Shown piece by piece: positions 41,614 through 50,439 of a stretch of DNA of 62,301 bases; positions within the stretch are counted from its first letter, which is position 1; each line of letters opens with the position of its first letter. Position numbers and translations under genes: made by a program. The notes under the pieces are model-generated. The model searched no databases. It had not been told where the DNA came from and was given only the letters and a program-made list of their open reading frames with translations. The DNA lies in the sequence record SRR20825019_2768, one strand, 5' to 3'.

Positions 41614-42359
41614 TCTGCACTGACGGGAATATGGGCCCAGGCGTCTGTGTTGGGTATGCCGTCAAGGACTTGGGCCAGCTCAAAAGCGGCATTGGCACGG
41701 CTTTCCAGCCCTTTCTGAAATTCCTGCCAGGCAGGAGTTTCATCGTCGCCTGCATAGATATCCGTGAGGGTCATGCCGTGGTCTCGGCCAAACTCGATAT
41801 AAAAGAGGATCACTTCCCCTTTGCGGCTGTCATCCGTGATGGTGAGCGAACGCCACATCAGCCAGTCTTGAGGAACGGTATACTCGTTTTTTTCCAGGAG
41901 CGCCGCGGTGCCAGCCGCCTCGCCAGCCGGGTTTTCACTTCGTGAGGCAACCATATCAAAGGCGTATGCATTGCTGCGCCAGCGATAGCCTGCAACCTCA
42001 GGGCTTTTTGTAAGGTCGTAATTATAGGTTTCATCATTGTCGGCGTGGAAGGCCTCAAACTGAACGATGAAAAGGCGTTTGACCTCTTCCCCTGCGGTTT
42101 CGCCGTACACAATTCTCTCACCGGCGGCCTTGTTGTCAATTGAAATCGGGTGCCTGCCAATCATGTGAAGAGCGTCGTCAGCCAACCTTATCGCGAGGGC
42201 AGGGCTGTCGGGAGAAACGATCATCGTCTCTTTGGTGCGGTTTGCCTCGGCCGCCGCATCATTCGCTTTGAGGGGGGGGCCGTGAAGAGTGGCAAGGAAG
42301 GATAGTGCCAGAAGGAGGTTCCGAAGTGTCGATGCAGATAAGAACCGGTGTTGTGTCAT
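41610..42359 (-). CDS. Secreted hypothetical protein
   Basis: GAGG RBS, signal peptide, 249 aa, ATGA overlap with the downstream gene. Confidence 0.7.
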   Translation of the reverse strand: MTQHRFLSASTLRNLLLALSFLATLHGPPLKANDAAAEANRTKETMIVSPDSPALAIRLADDALHMIGRHPISIDNKAAGERIVYGETAGEEVKRLFIVQFEAFHADNDETYNYDLTKSPEVAGYRWRSNAYAFDMVASRSENPAGEAAGTAALLEKNEYTVPQDWLMWRSLTITDDSRKGEVILFYIEFGRDHGMTLTDIYAGDDETPAWQEFQKGLESRANAAFELAQVLDGIPNTDAWAHIPVSAE

Positions 42360-42428
42360 CGGTTGTTTCCTCGCCTAATATAATGCTGGTCGGCGCCGTC
42401 CGCCGACCAGCTTATAAGCGAGATGATA

Positions 42429-43439
42429 TCAGGCGTCAGAAAGGCGAACAACCTGCTTGCCAAAGTTGTTGCCCTTCAGCACATCCATAAAGGCTTGCGG
42501 TGCGTTCTCAACACCTTCAGCCACACTTTCGCGGTACTTGAGCTTGCCTTCCTTAAGCCAGCCAGCGCCAACACCAATCCATTCTTTACAGAGCTCAGGA
42601 TAGTTGAACACAATAAAGCCCTGCATCTTGACGCTGCGGCCAACCAGAACCGCAAGGTTGCGGGGGCCGGGGGGCATATCGTCCAGCGTAGCGTTATAAA
42701 GCGAGATCATGCCGCAGAGCGCCACACGGCTGTTGAAGTTGAGATTGTTGATCACGGCCTCAAGCACAGGGCCGCCTACGTTCTCAAAATATACGTCAAT
42801 GCCTTTGGGGTTGCTGTCACGCACCGCCTTGTAAACATCATCTTTTTTGTAGTTGAAGGCAGCGTCGAAGCCGAGTTCCTCTTTGAGGTATGCGACCTTG
42901 TCGTCAGTGCCCGCGCTCCCTGCTACATGGCAGCCCATGTTCTTACCGATCTGGCCAACAACCTGGCCAACTGCGCCTGAGGCTGCGGAAACAAAGAGCT
43001 GTTCGCCGTCCTTGAGGCCAGCAACGCCTTTGAGGCCGACATAAGCTGTCATGCCCGGCATGCCGAGGATGCCAAGATAGTAGGAGAGGGGCGCGAGATC
43101 AGGGTCAACCGGCTGGAACCCTTCGCCGTTGGTGGTCATATAGTTTGCCCAAAGGCCCATGCCGGTCACATAAGTACCGACCGGGAACTTGCCGCCATTG
43201 GACGCGATAACCTTGCCCACGATGCCCGCCTGCAGCGGTTCACCAATCTGAAACGGGGGTACATAGCTCTTCACATCGTTCATACGGCCACGCATGTAGG
43301 GGTCAACTGACATGTAGATTGTCTCAAGCAGGACCTCGCCCATCGCAGGTTCAGGAACCGCAGCCTCTGCAAGTTTGAAGTTGTCCGCGGTTACCCAGCC
43401 GTTCGGGCGGCTACTCAGAAGGATCTGTTTGTTGCTCAT
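42429..43439 (-). CDS. NADPH-dependent enone/alkenal reductase (CurA/YncB/PTGR1-like MDR)
   Basis: SVDPYMRGRM, LGMPGMTAY, SAASGAVG, YFENVGG, CGMIS.YN, GNNFGK. Confidence 0.93.
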   Translation of the reverse strand: MSNKQILLSSRPNGWVTADNFKLAEAAVPEPAMGEVLLETIYMSVDPYMRGRMNDVKSYVPPFQIGEPLQAGIVGKVIASNGGKFPVGTYVTGMGLWANYMTTNGEGFQPVDPDLAPLSYYLGILGMPGMTAYVGLKGVAGLKDGEQLFVSAASGAVGQVVGQIGKNMGCHVAGSAGTDDKVAYLKEELGFDAAFNYKKDDVYKAVRDSNPKGIDVYFENVGGPVLEAVINNLNFNSRVALCGMISLYNATLDDMPPGPRNLAVLVGRSVKMQGFIVFNYPELCKEWIGVGAGWLKEGKLKYRESVAEGVENAPQAFMDVLKGNNFGKQVVRLSDA

Positions 43440-43476
43440 GGTTTTGGTCCCTTGATTTGAACTTTGCTCCCCCTTG

Positions 43477-43505
43477 ATATGGGGCGAGGGTGGGGAGGCG
43501 GCAAG
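43477..43505 (-). promoter_or_regulatory. Putative RpoH (sigma32) promoter of the oxidoreductase gene
   Basis: Minus strand reads CTTG-N17-CCCCATAT, ending about 37 nt before the ATG. Confidence 0.6.
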
Positions 43506-43596
43506 AAATGACGAATTTATATGGGGTATTTATATACCGCTTTTTTAGATGGTTGTTTTTATTGGATAATTTCGACATGCACATGTAAAAAACCGT

Positions 43597-43624
43597 TTGA
43601 CAGTTTGCTAAATATGCCTATATT
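43597..43624 (+). promoter_or_regulatory. sigma70 promoter of rplM-rpsI
   Basis: TTGACA-N16-TATATT with AT-rich upstream DNA and a GC-rich discriminator (CCGCGCC). Confidence 0.7.
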
Positions 43625-43727
43625 CCGCGCCAATGTGATGACGGCGTCTGTTTTGCCGCATCCGTTTAGTTTTAACACTGGCCTGCGGCTCACAAAAGCC
43701 AAAGGCGGTAACCGAGGCATAATTGCG

Positions 43728-44186
43728 ATGAAAACGTATTCCGCAAAACCTTCGGAGATCGAAAAGAAATGGCTGATCGTTGACGCAGAGGACGTAGTTC
43801 TTGGTCGTCTGGCTCAGGCCATCGCTGTTGTTCTCCGTGGGAAGCACAAGCCCACGTACACTCCGCACATGGATTGCGGTGACAACGTGATTGTTATCAA
43901 CGCTGAAAAAGTGAAGCTGACCGGCCGGAAAATGGCTGACAAGGTTTACTACCGTCACACAGGTCACCCTGGTGGTATTAAGTCTGCAACTGCAGGCGAG
44001 ATCCTCAGTGGTCGTTTCCCTGAGCGTGTGGTTGAGAAAGCGATTGAGCGTATGATCCCTAAGGGTCCGCTTGGCCGTCAGCAAATGCGCAATCTTCGCG
44101 TTTATGCAGGCGGTGATCACCCGCACACTGCACAGGACCCTGAAGTTCTGGACGTTGGCGCAATGAACCCGAAAAATAAGAGGTAA
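43728..44186 (+). CDS. rplM: 50S ribosomal protein L13
   Basis: [38 protein letters not shown]; the ORF-track start is too far upstream. Confidence 0.98.
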   Translation: MKTYSAKPSEIEKKWLIVDAEDVVLGRLAQAIAVVLRGKHKPTYTPHMDCGDNVIVINAEKVKLTGRKMADKVYYRHTGHPGGIKSATAGEILSGRFPERVVEKAIERMIPKGPLGRQQMRNLRVYAGGDHPHTAQDPEVLDVGAMNPKNKR

Positions 44187-44191
44187 GCGAC

Positions 44192-44671
44192 ATGGCCGAC
44201 CTTCAAGACCTTAAAGAAATCACCGGTGCGGCTGACGCTGCTGTGGTGGAAGCTGCTGAAGAGCGCAAGCCTGTCGTTGACGATCAGGGCCGTTCTTACG
44301 CAACTGGTAAGCGTAAAGACGCTGTTGCCCGCGTTTGGGTGAAGCCGGGTTCCGGTAAAGTGACCGTAAATGGTCGCGACCAGGAAGCTTACTTCGCACG
44401 TCCAACACTGCGTCTCATCGTGAACCAGCCTTTCCAAGTTGCTGGCCGCGAAAACCAGTATGACGTTATTGCAACTGTTAAAGGCGGCGGCCTCTCTGGC
44501 CAGGCTGGTGCGGTAAAGCACGGTATTTCCAAAGCGCTTCAGCTTGCTGAGCCTGAGCTTCGCGGCTCGCTCAAAGCTGCTGGCTTCCTGACCCGCGATA
44601 GCCGGGTTGTTGAACGGAAGAAATACGGCCGCGCGAAAGCTCGTCGTTCGTTCCAGTTCTCCAAGCGTTAA
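44192..44671 (+). CDS. rpsI: 30S ribosomal protein S9
   Basis: [34 protein letters not shown]. Confidence 0.98.
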   Translation: MADLQDLKEITGAADAAVVEAAEERKPVVDDQGRSYATGKRKDAVARVWVKPGSGKVTVNGRDQEAYFARPTLRLIVNQPFQVAGRENQYDVIATVKGGGLSGQAGAVKHGISKALQLAEPELRGSLKAAGFLTRDSRVVERKKYGRAKARRSFQFSKR

Positions 44672-44719
44672 GCGCAAACGAGTTTTTGTTTCGAGTATTC
44701 AAAAATTCTGTATCGAGTA

Positions 44720-44753
44720 CAAAAGGCCGTCCCTCGGGGCGGCCTTTTGCTTT
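44720..44753 (+). terminator. Intrinsic terminator after rpsI
   Basis: AAAAGGCCGTCC-ctcg-GGGCGGCCTTTT. Confidence 0.85.
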
Positions 44754-44863
44754 GCAGGGCACACACCTTTATCGCTTCTTTATAAGTCGCCCACTTAGAT
44801 CAGGCAGATCATTGATGCCGGGCCGCCTAGCATGCTCTCAAACAACTATATGAGGGCTGAATA

Positions 44864-45526
44864 ATGGTTAGGAACTCTAAGCTTATCTGTGCGCTGCTAG
44901 GCAGCGTATTTGTATTGCAAGCTTGCTCAACTGACCCCTATACGGGCGAGAAAAAAGTCTCAAACACTGCCATTGGCGCGGCCATCGGGGCTGCGGCGGG
45001 TGCTGTGGGCGGCGTGATTGTCGGGGGTTCCAACAAACGCAAAGCCGCCCTTATTGGCGCAGGCATCGGTGCGCTTGCGGGTGGTGGTGTTGGTTTTTAT
45101 ATGGACCAACAGGAAGCCAAACTCCGCCGCCAGCTTCAAGGCACGGGCGTACAGGTCGTCCGGGACGGGGATAATATCATCCTCAACATGCCCGGCAATA
45201 TTACCTTTGCGACCGACAGCACGGCGGTAAACGCGAGCTTTATGGAGGTATTACACTCCGTCTCGCTAGTTTTGGACGAATACGACAAAACCTATGTGGA
45301 CGTGATGGGGCATACCGATTCCACTGGTTCTGACAGCTATAACATGCAGCTCTCGCAAGGGCGGGCGCAGTCTGTGGCCAGCGTTCTCACGCAAAAGGGT
45401 GTTGACCCGGTGCGCCTTGTGGTTCGCGGGTATGGTGAACAGCACCCCATCGCCAGCAATGAAACTTCATCAGGCCGGGCGCAAAACCGCCGGGTGGAAA
45501 TAGCACTCTCACCAGTGGTGGAATAG
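44864..45526 (+). CDS. YiaD-like OmpA-family lipoprotein
   Basis: Lipobox LQAC, glycine zipper, YMDQQE, GHTDSTG, NRRVEI. Confidence 0.93.
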   Translation: MVRNSKLICALLGSVFVLQACSTDPYTGEKKVSNTAIGAAIGAAAGAVGGVIVGGSNKRKAALIGAGIGALAGGGVGFYMDQQEAKLRRQLQGTGVQVVRDGDNIILNMPGNITFATDSTAVNASFMEVLHSVSLVLDEYDKTYVDVMGHTDSTGSDSYNMQLSQGRAQSVASVLTQKGVDPVRLVVRGYGEQHPIASNETSSGRAQNRRVEIALSPVVE

Positions 45527-45609
45527 CGGGTATTTACAGGCGGGTTTTGGTCCGCCTTTACATTCCCCGATTTAGTACTTTCGTTGACTGCGGCACATAA
45601 GTGTGATGA

Positions 45610-46203
45610 ATGTCAGCGATTGTGTCAAAAGTCGGGGTGATGGTAATGGATATTGGTGTCCCAATCAGGGAACTAGGCAAGGTTGAATGCGGCGCCCTCA
45701 TTGAGCGTGTTAACACATTGGACCCACAAGTGTGGGACCTGTGCGATATCCGCCAAAAGAAGTACGATATTCATCGCCATACCAAATCCATCGTCATGAT
45801 ATTTTCAGAGGGCTGGCCGGACATCAGGCTGGCGCGTTATCCCGGTTGGGACGTGCTTGCCAAGTTTGCCATGCCAATTATCGAGAAGGTTGTCGCTGCA
45901 AACTATAAGCCTGGCGGCGCTATCATCCGGGCGATGGTCGCTAATCTTGTTAAAGGCGGCATGATTGAGGAACACTATGATGCAGCGCCGTCTTTTGCTG
46001 TGGGGCACCGCATCCATGTACCGCTTTGTACCAACGCTGACGTCACGTTCACCATCGACGGAGACCCGTATAAACTGGAAGTTGGAAAAGCGTATGAGCT
46101 CAACAATCTTGTCGACCACGGTGTCGTGAACGAGGGAGTTGAAGACAGGTATCACCTCATCTTCGATTATGTTCCCCCTCAACCCAAGATGACAAAGGTC
46201 TGA
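45610..46203 (+). CDS. Asp/Asn beta-hydroxylase-like Fe(II)/2OG oxygenase (start uncertain, possibly 45646)
   Basis: HYD (HxD), RIHVPL, ELNN...H.V.N.G..DR.HLIFD. Confidence 0.85.
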   Translation: MSAIVSKVGVMVMDIGVPIRELGKVECGALIERVNTLDPQVWDLCDIRQKKYDIHRHTKSIVMIFSEGWPDIRLARYPGWDVLAKFAMPIIEKVVAANYKPGGAIIRAMVANLVKGGMIEEHYDAAPSFAVGHRIHVPLCTNADVTFTIDGDPYKLEVGKAYELNNLVDHGVVNEGVEDRYHLIFDYVPPQPKMTKV

Positions 46204-46212
46204 TCTTTACCT

Positions 46213-46809
46213 CTAGTGGTCGTGTCCGCAATCCGGGCCATGCACATGACCATGATCATGGTGATGATGGTCATGACCGCATCCGGGGCCATGTACGTGG
46301 TTCTTCATCTGTTTAATGTATTTCTGCATCTTCTTGAGCAGTAGGTCGCGCTTCATCTTGGATAGGTGATCGAGGTATGTTTTGCCGTCAAGGTAATCGA
46401 TCTCGTGCTGCAAAACGGTGGCGAGCCAACCATCCGCATCAATTTCGTGCCGCGTGCCTTCCATATCCAGATACGCGAGCCGGATGGCATCAGGCCGGGT
46501 AATCTCGGCCGAGATGCCGGGAAAGCTGAGCGACGCTTCTTCATGTGTTGAGGTCGCGTCTGACCGCCACAGGATTTCAGGGTTAATGCAAACCATTGGC
46601 TCACGGCGGCCTTCAGGCTGCAGGTCAAGAACCACAATACGCTTCAAAAGCCCCACCATGTTCGCGGCGATGCCAATACCCCGGTTTTCATACATGATAT
46701 CCAGCATTTGGGCCGTGAGCACCCGAATGTCGTCATTTACGTCCTCAACAGGCAGGGCTTTCTGCCGGAACACTGGGTTTGGGGCGGTCACTAGGCTTAG
46801 CGTGGTCAT
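46213..46809 (-). CDS. Peptide deformylase-like protein with degenerate active site and His/Cys-rich tail
   Basis: PDF fold motifs read GIGIAANM, EASLS, QHEIDYLDG; tail HVHGPGCGHDHHHHDHGHVHGPDCGHDH. Confidence 0.9.
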   Translation of the reverse strand: MTTLSLVTAPNPVFRQKALPVEDVNDDIRVLTAQMLDIMYENRGIGIAANMVGLLKRIVVLDLQPEGRREPMVCINPEILWRSDATSTHEEASLSFPGISAEITRPDAIRLAYLDMEGTRHEIDADGWLATVLQHEIDYLDGKTYLDHLSKMKRDLLLKKMQKYIKQMKNHVHGPGCGHDHHHHDHGHVHGPDCGHDH

Positions 46810-47004
46810 ATCAAAGATACCTCAAAAAATTATCGGCTAGAAATACCTTCATCATCATAAAAATGCCAGCGCCGTTTTACGTACTTCACGTGCGGTAACA
46901 GGCCGTTCTGCGATACGTGGCATTTTGTGATCACATTTTTGTTGCGTGCTGCTATGTCTCGGCGCAGATTTCACTTCTGATTCTCGAATGAAGAGGAGCG
47001 CGCC

Positions 47005-47367
47005 ATGAGTGCCAAAGGTGTTTTGAACTTCCGTGATACCGACCCAGAGTTGGAAAATGGCCCCGTTGCAGCTGAAAAGCTGATCTCCGGTAGTCCGCAA
47101 CAACAGACCGAAAACGTTTACACCAGCAAGTCGGAACGCTTTTTTTCCGGCTATTGGTCCTCCACCAAGGGGAAATGGCATGTAGACTATGCGGACGAAG
47201 AAGAATTTTGCCACTTGCTAGAAGGCGAGGTGGAGCTCGTTGATGCCGACGGCCGCGCAAGCCGCTTCAAAGCGGGTGACAGGTTTACCATTTCTGCGGG
47301 TTTCAAAGGCACCTGGGAGACAATCAAGGATTGCCGAAAGCTCTATGTCATTGCATTAATGGGATAA
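47005..47367 (+). CDS. Cupin, DUF861/EutQ-like
   Basis: GAGGAG RBS, G.W.ST.GKW, EFCHLLEG, GFKGTWET, RKLYV. Confidence 0.88.
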   Translation: MSAKGVLNFRDTDPELENGPVAAEKLISGSPQQQTENVYTSKSERFFSGYWSSTKGKWHVDYADEEEFCHLLEGEVELVDADGRASRFKAGDRFTISAGFKGTWETIKDCRKLYVIALMG

Positions 47368-47431
47368 TAATGACAATCGCCGAGGGTTGTGAAATACTCC
47401 CCACCGGAATTCAAAGATAAGGAGAGCAGGC

Positions 47432-47857
47432 ATGAAACGGCTGATAGTTGCGTTGATGTTGGGTATCACTTTACCGGCAGTGGCCGCGTTCGCGGATGAT
47501 GGCACGCCGTCAACAGCGGGCACAGAAGTCTACATCATCAGCCCGATGGATGGCGAAAGCCTGAAAAGCCCAATCACTGTTCGTTTTGGCTTGAAGGGCA
47601 TGGGCATCGCACCTGCTGGGGTAGAGAAAGAAGGCACTGGCCATCACCATTTGATTATCGATACCGACCTGCCGCCGCTTGATGAAAATATCCCGATGGA
47701 TGACCAGCATATCCACTTTGGTGGCGGCCAGACGGAAACAACGATAGAGCTGAGCCCCGGTAAACATACGCTTCAATTGCTTCTGGGCGATCAAAACCAC
47801 ATCCCCCACAGCCCTGCGGTGACATCCAAAAAAATCACCATCACGATCGTGGAATAA
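47432..47857 (+). CDS. Exported DUF4399 protein
   Basis: Signal peptide, VYIISP.DG, V.FGL, GHHHLIID, HIHFGGGQTE, PGKHTLQL, HIPH. Confidence 0.88.
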   Translation: MKRLIVALMLGITLPAVAAFADDGTPSTAGTEVYIISPMDGESLKSPITVRFGLKGMGIAPAGVEKEGTGHHHLIIDTDLPPLDENIPMDDQHIHFGGGQTETTIELSPGKHTLQLLLGDQNHIPHSPAVTSKKITITIVE

Positions 47858-47866
47858 TCACGGTCG

Positions 47867-48463
47867 TTAGGTGCCAGGCTCTGTCCTTTCTGTGAACTTG
47901 GTGGGTGTGACGGGAGTCCAGTGAACCGGGCCGTCGGGTTTCACCGGCAAAGGTTTGTTCGGATGGCTTGCGAAGGTTTTACTGCGCATATAACAAAGTA
48001 CTTCAGCCTCCTCGGAGCCACCACATTGCCGCTTATGCAAATCCTCAACTACGGGCGAGACAATTTGCCAGTCTCCGCTTTGATTGACCCGATCGGCAAA
48101 TGTTTCGACCTCAGCGTTAAGGTTTGCGTATTGCTGCTCATAGTCTGTGTTCAGATAGGCAACAACCAACCTGTTGGCATCACCTGAGGGCATGTCATTG
48201 AGGATGTATTGGATATGCGTTTGTATCGCTGCGGCGCAGGCAAGCCATACCTCAACACTTTCAACAAAGCGGGGGACGGTGCGCCTTAACGGTTTTAGGG
48301 GCGAGCTGCCGCGTACCTTTGCTGGTGCGGTTGGCGTTTGTCCACAAAGCTCAACGAGACCCGGGATTTTGGCTAACGCTGCATCCTTATTGCTGAAGGA
48401 GCTGAATCCGTAAGCTGGGCTTGAGAGGAGAGATAAGGCCATAGCCGCCGCAATCAGTTTCAT
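47867..48463 (-). CDS. Secreted hypothetical protein with 4 Cys
   Basis: GGGAG RBS, signal peptide MKLIAAAMALSLLSSPAYG; fills the intergenic gap. Confidence 0.65.
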   Translation of the reverse strand: MKLIAAAMALSLLSSPAYGFSSFSNKDAALAKIPGLVELCGQTPTAPAKVRGSSPLKPLRRTVPRFVESVEVWLACAAAIQTHIQYILNDMPSGDANRLVVAYLNTDYEQQYANLNAEVETFADRVNQSGDWQIVSPVVEDLHKRQCGGSEEAEVLCYMRSKTFASHPNKPLPVKPDGPVHWTPVTPTKFTERTEPGT

Positions 48464-48638
48464 ACGCGCTCCCCATAACTCACCAGCAAACACTTAGCAA
48501 GGTTACAAGGTCGCGTCGTATTCGCAAGTCATAATTGCATTGATACAAGCATATAGGCGGTGGAAATTTTTTCTTCATCAGCTTCCGATATCTGCCTAAG
48601 CTGATGCCGGAAGAAACAACACACAGGGAAATCTTCTC

Positions 48639-48980
48639 ATGCCACATTTGGTAGTTGAATACAGCCGGGACGTTGAGGCCCACACAGAGATATCCAGCCT
48701 ATTGCAAGCGGCCCACGAGGGCGCGCTTGGGTCTGGGCTTTTCGGCGCTGAGGATATCAAGGTCCGTGCATATCCATGCGATCACAGCCTTGTAGGTGGC
48801 AAAAGCGGCACTTCTATCCATGTTACAGTATATTTGCTGTCTGGCAGGGATCAGGCCGCCCAAAAAGCACTGGCGGAAGCTGTTCGGAGCCATATTGAAG
48901 GGCTGGATTTGCCGCTTCAATCACTGAGTGTTGATTGTCGTGACATGGACCGTTCCGTTTATACAAAGGTGGTACGTTAA
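48639..48980 (+). CDS. Tautomerase superfamily, 5-carboxymethyl-2-hydroxymuconate isomerase-like
   Basis: Catalytic Pro-1 (MPHLVVEYS), DIKVRA, IHV..LLSGR, Y.K. Confidence 0.87.
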   Translation: MPHLVVEYSRDVEAHTEISSLLQAAHEGALGSGLFGAEDIKVRAYPCDHSLVGGKSGTSIHVTVYLLSGRDQAAQKALAEAVRSHIEGLDLPLQSLSVDCRDMDRSVYTKVVR

Positions 48981-49038
48981 AAAGCTGGTACGCTAAAGCG
49001 TGGGGGCTTCAAAAAGAATAGACTTCCAGGGGGAACAG

Positions 49039-50439
49039 ATGAAATTCAAAACACTCACTTGCACAGCCATTCTGGCTCAAGCGCTTGCAGGCGGAACCTT
49101 CGCCGATGGGCATGTAGACCCGCCGGTTGAGGTGCAGCGCCTTCACGGCATGGTGGCAGACGTGTCAGCAGACCGTATAGAAGCCGATATCCGCAAGCTT
49201 GTCAGCTTTGGCACCCGGCATACGCTTTCCGACACAGAATCAGACACGCGCGGCATTGGCGCGGCGCGGCGTTGGATTGAAGAAGAATTCAAGCGCATCT
49301 CTGAGGGGTGTGAAGCCAAACTTGAGGTTTACACCGTCGCTGACACCGTCACCGGCAAACGCATCCCTGAACCCACCGAGGTTGTTAGCGTGATTGCTAT
49401 TCAGCGTGGCATCCTTGACCCTGACCGTGTTGTGATGATGTCGGGCGACATTGATAGTCGCATCTCCGACCCGCTGAACGGTGTGGACGATTCGCCCGGT
49501 GCCAACGACAACGCCTCCGGCATGGCAGGGACGATCGAGGCCGCGCGTGTTCTGTGCCAAACCAAATTCCCCGGCACGATTGTTTATGCAGGCCTTTCAG
49601 GAGAAGAGCAGGGCCTTTACGGCGGTGAAATCCTGGCTCGCCACGCTCGGGAGAAAGGCTGGCGCATGATGGGAGTGCTCAATAACGACATGATCGGCAA
49701 CATTGAGGGCATCAACGGTGTCATCAATAATACCACGGCACGGGTGTTCTCTGAAGGCACGCGGGTCACTGAAACCGCAGAGGAAGCGCGGGTGCGTCGT
49801 TTTTCCGGCGGTGAGGTAGACAGCCCAAGCCGTAATATCGCGCGCCTTGTCGACCGTCTGGCTGACGGCTATATCCCCAACCTTGATGTAATGATGATCT
49901 ACCGGCTGGACCGGTTTGGCCGTGGTGGTCACCACCGGCCGTTCAATGAAGCGGGCTGGCCAGGTGTGCGCATCATGGAAACCAACGAACATTATGACCG
50001 CCAGCATCAGGATATCCGTACAGAAAACGGCATTGCCTACGGCGATGTGATTGAAGGCGTGGACTTTGACTATGCCGCGAAGCTGACATCGCTCAATGTG
50101 GTGACATTGGCGTCGATGGCTGGTGCGCCGCCGTTCCCGAGCGACGTGAAGCTTGAGGGCGCCGTGCAGCCATCAACCACCATCAGCTGGAACGTGCCGG
50201 GTGATGAGCGCCAGCAGGCGAACCTCAAGGGCTTTCGTATCTATTGGCGGCTGACAACCGACGCTCAATGGCGCTGGAGCCATTTTGTGCCTGCGGATGC
50301 GCGCTCTCACACGCTCGAGAATGTGGTGATCGACAATTATTTCTTTGGTGTGGCCTCTGTTGCCAACGACGGGCTCGAAAGCCCTGTTGTGTTTCCGGGG
50401 CCGATGGGCGCGTTTGAAAGGCCAGAAGCCACTGAGTAA
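49039..50439 (+). CDS. Secreted M28 metallopeptidase with C-terminal Fn3-like domain
   Basis: Signal peptide, FGTRHT, PGANDNASG, SGEEQGL, NNDMIG, GGHH..F, RQHQD. Confidence 0.88.
   Translation: MKFKTLTCTAILAQALAGGTFADGHVDPPVEVQRLHGMVADVSADRIEADIRKLVSFGTRHTLSDTESDTRGIGAARRWIEEEFKRISEGCEAKLEVYTVADTVTGKRIPEPTEVVSVIAIQRGILDPDRVVMMSGDIDSRISDPLNGVDDSPGANDNASGMAGTIEAARVLCQTKFPGTIVYAGLSGEEQGLYGGEILARHAREKGWRMMGVLNNDMIGNIEGINGVINNTTARVFSEGTRVTETAEEARVRRFSGGEVDSPSRNIARLVDRLADGYIPNLDVMMIYRLDRFGRGGHHRPFNEAGWPGVRIMETNEHYDRQHQDIRTENGIAYGDVIEGVDFDYAAKLTSLNVVTLASMAGAPPFPSDVKLEGAVQPSTTISWNVPGDERQQANLKGFRIYWRLTTDAQWRWSHFVPADARSHTLENVVIDNYFFGVASVANDGLESPVVFPGPMGAFERPEATE

Noticed and set aside
43467-43500. G/C-rich stretch resembling alphaproteobacterial palindromic repeat elements
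   Set aside because: Single copy, and better explained as a minus-strand RpoH promoter
43521-43727. N-terminal extensions in the ORF track (rplM, purM, purN, ABC-F, GNAT, argC)
   Set aside because: Artefacts of longest-ORF calling; internal starts match family N-termini and RBS positions
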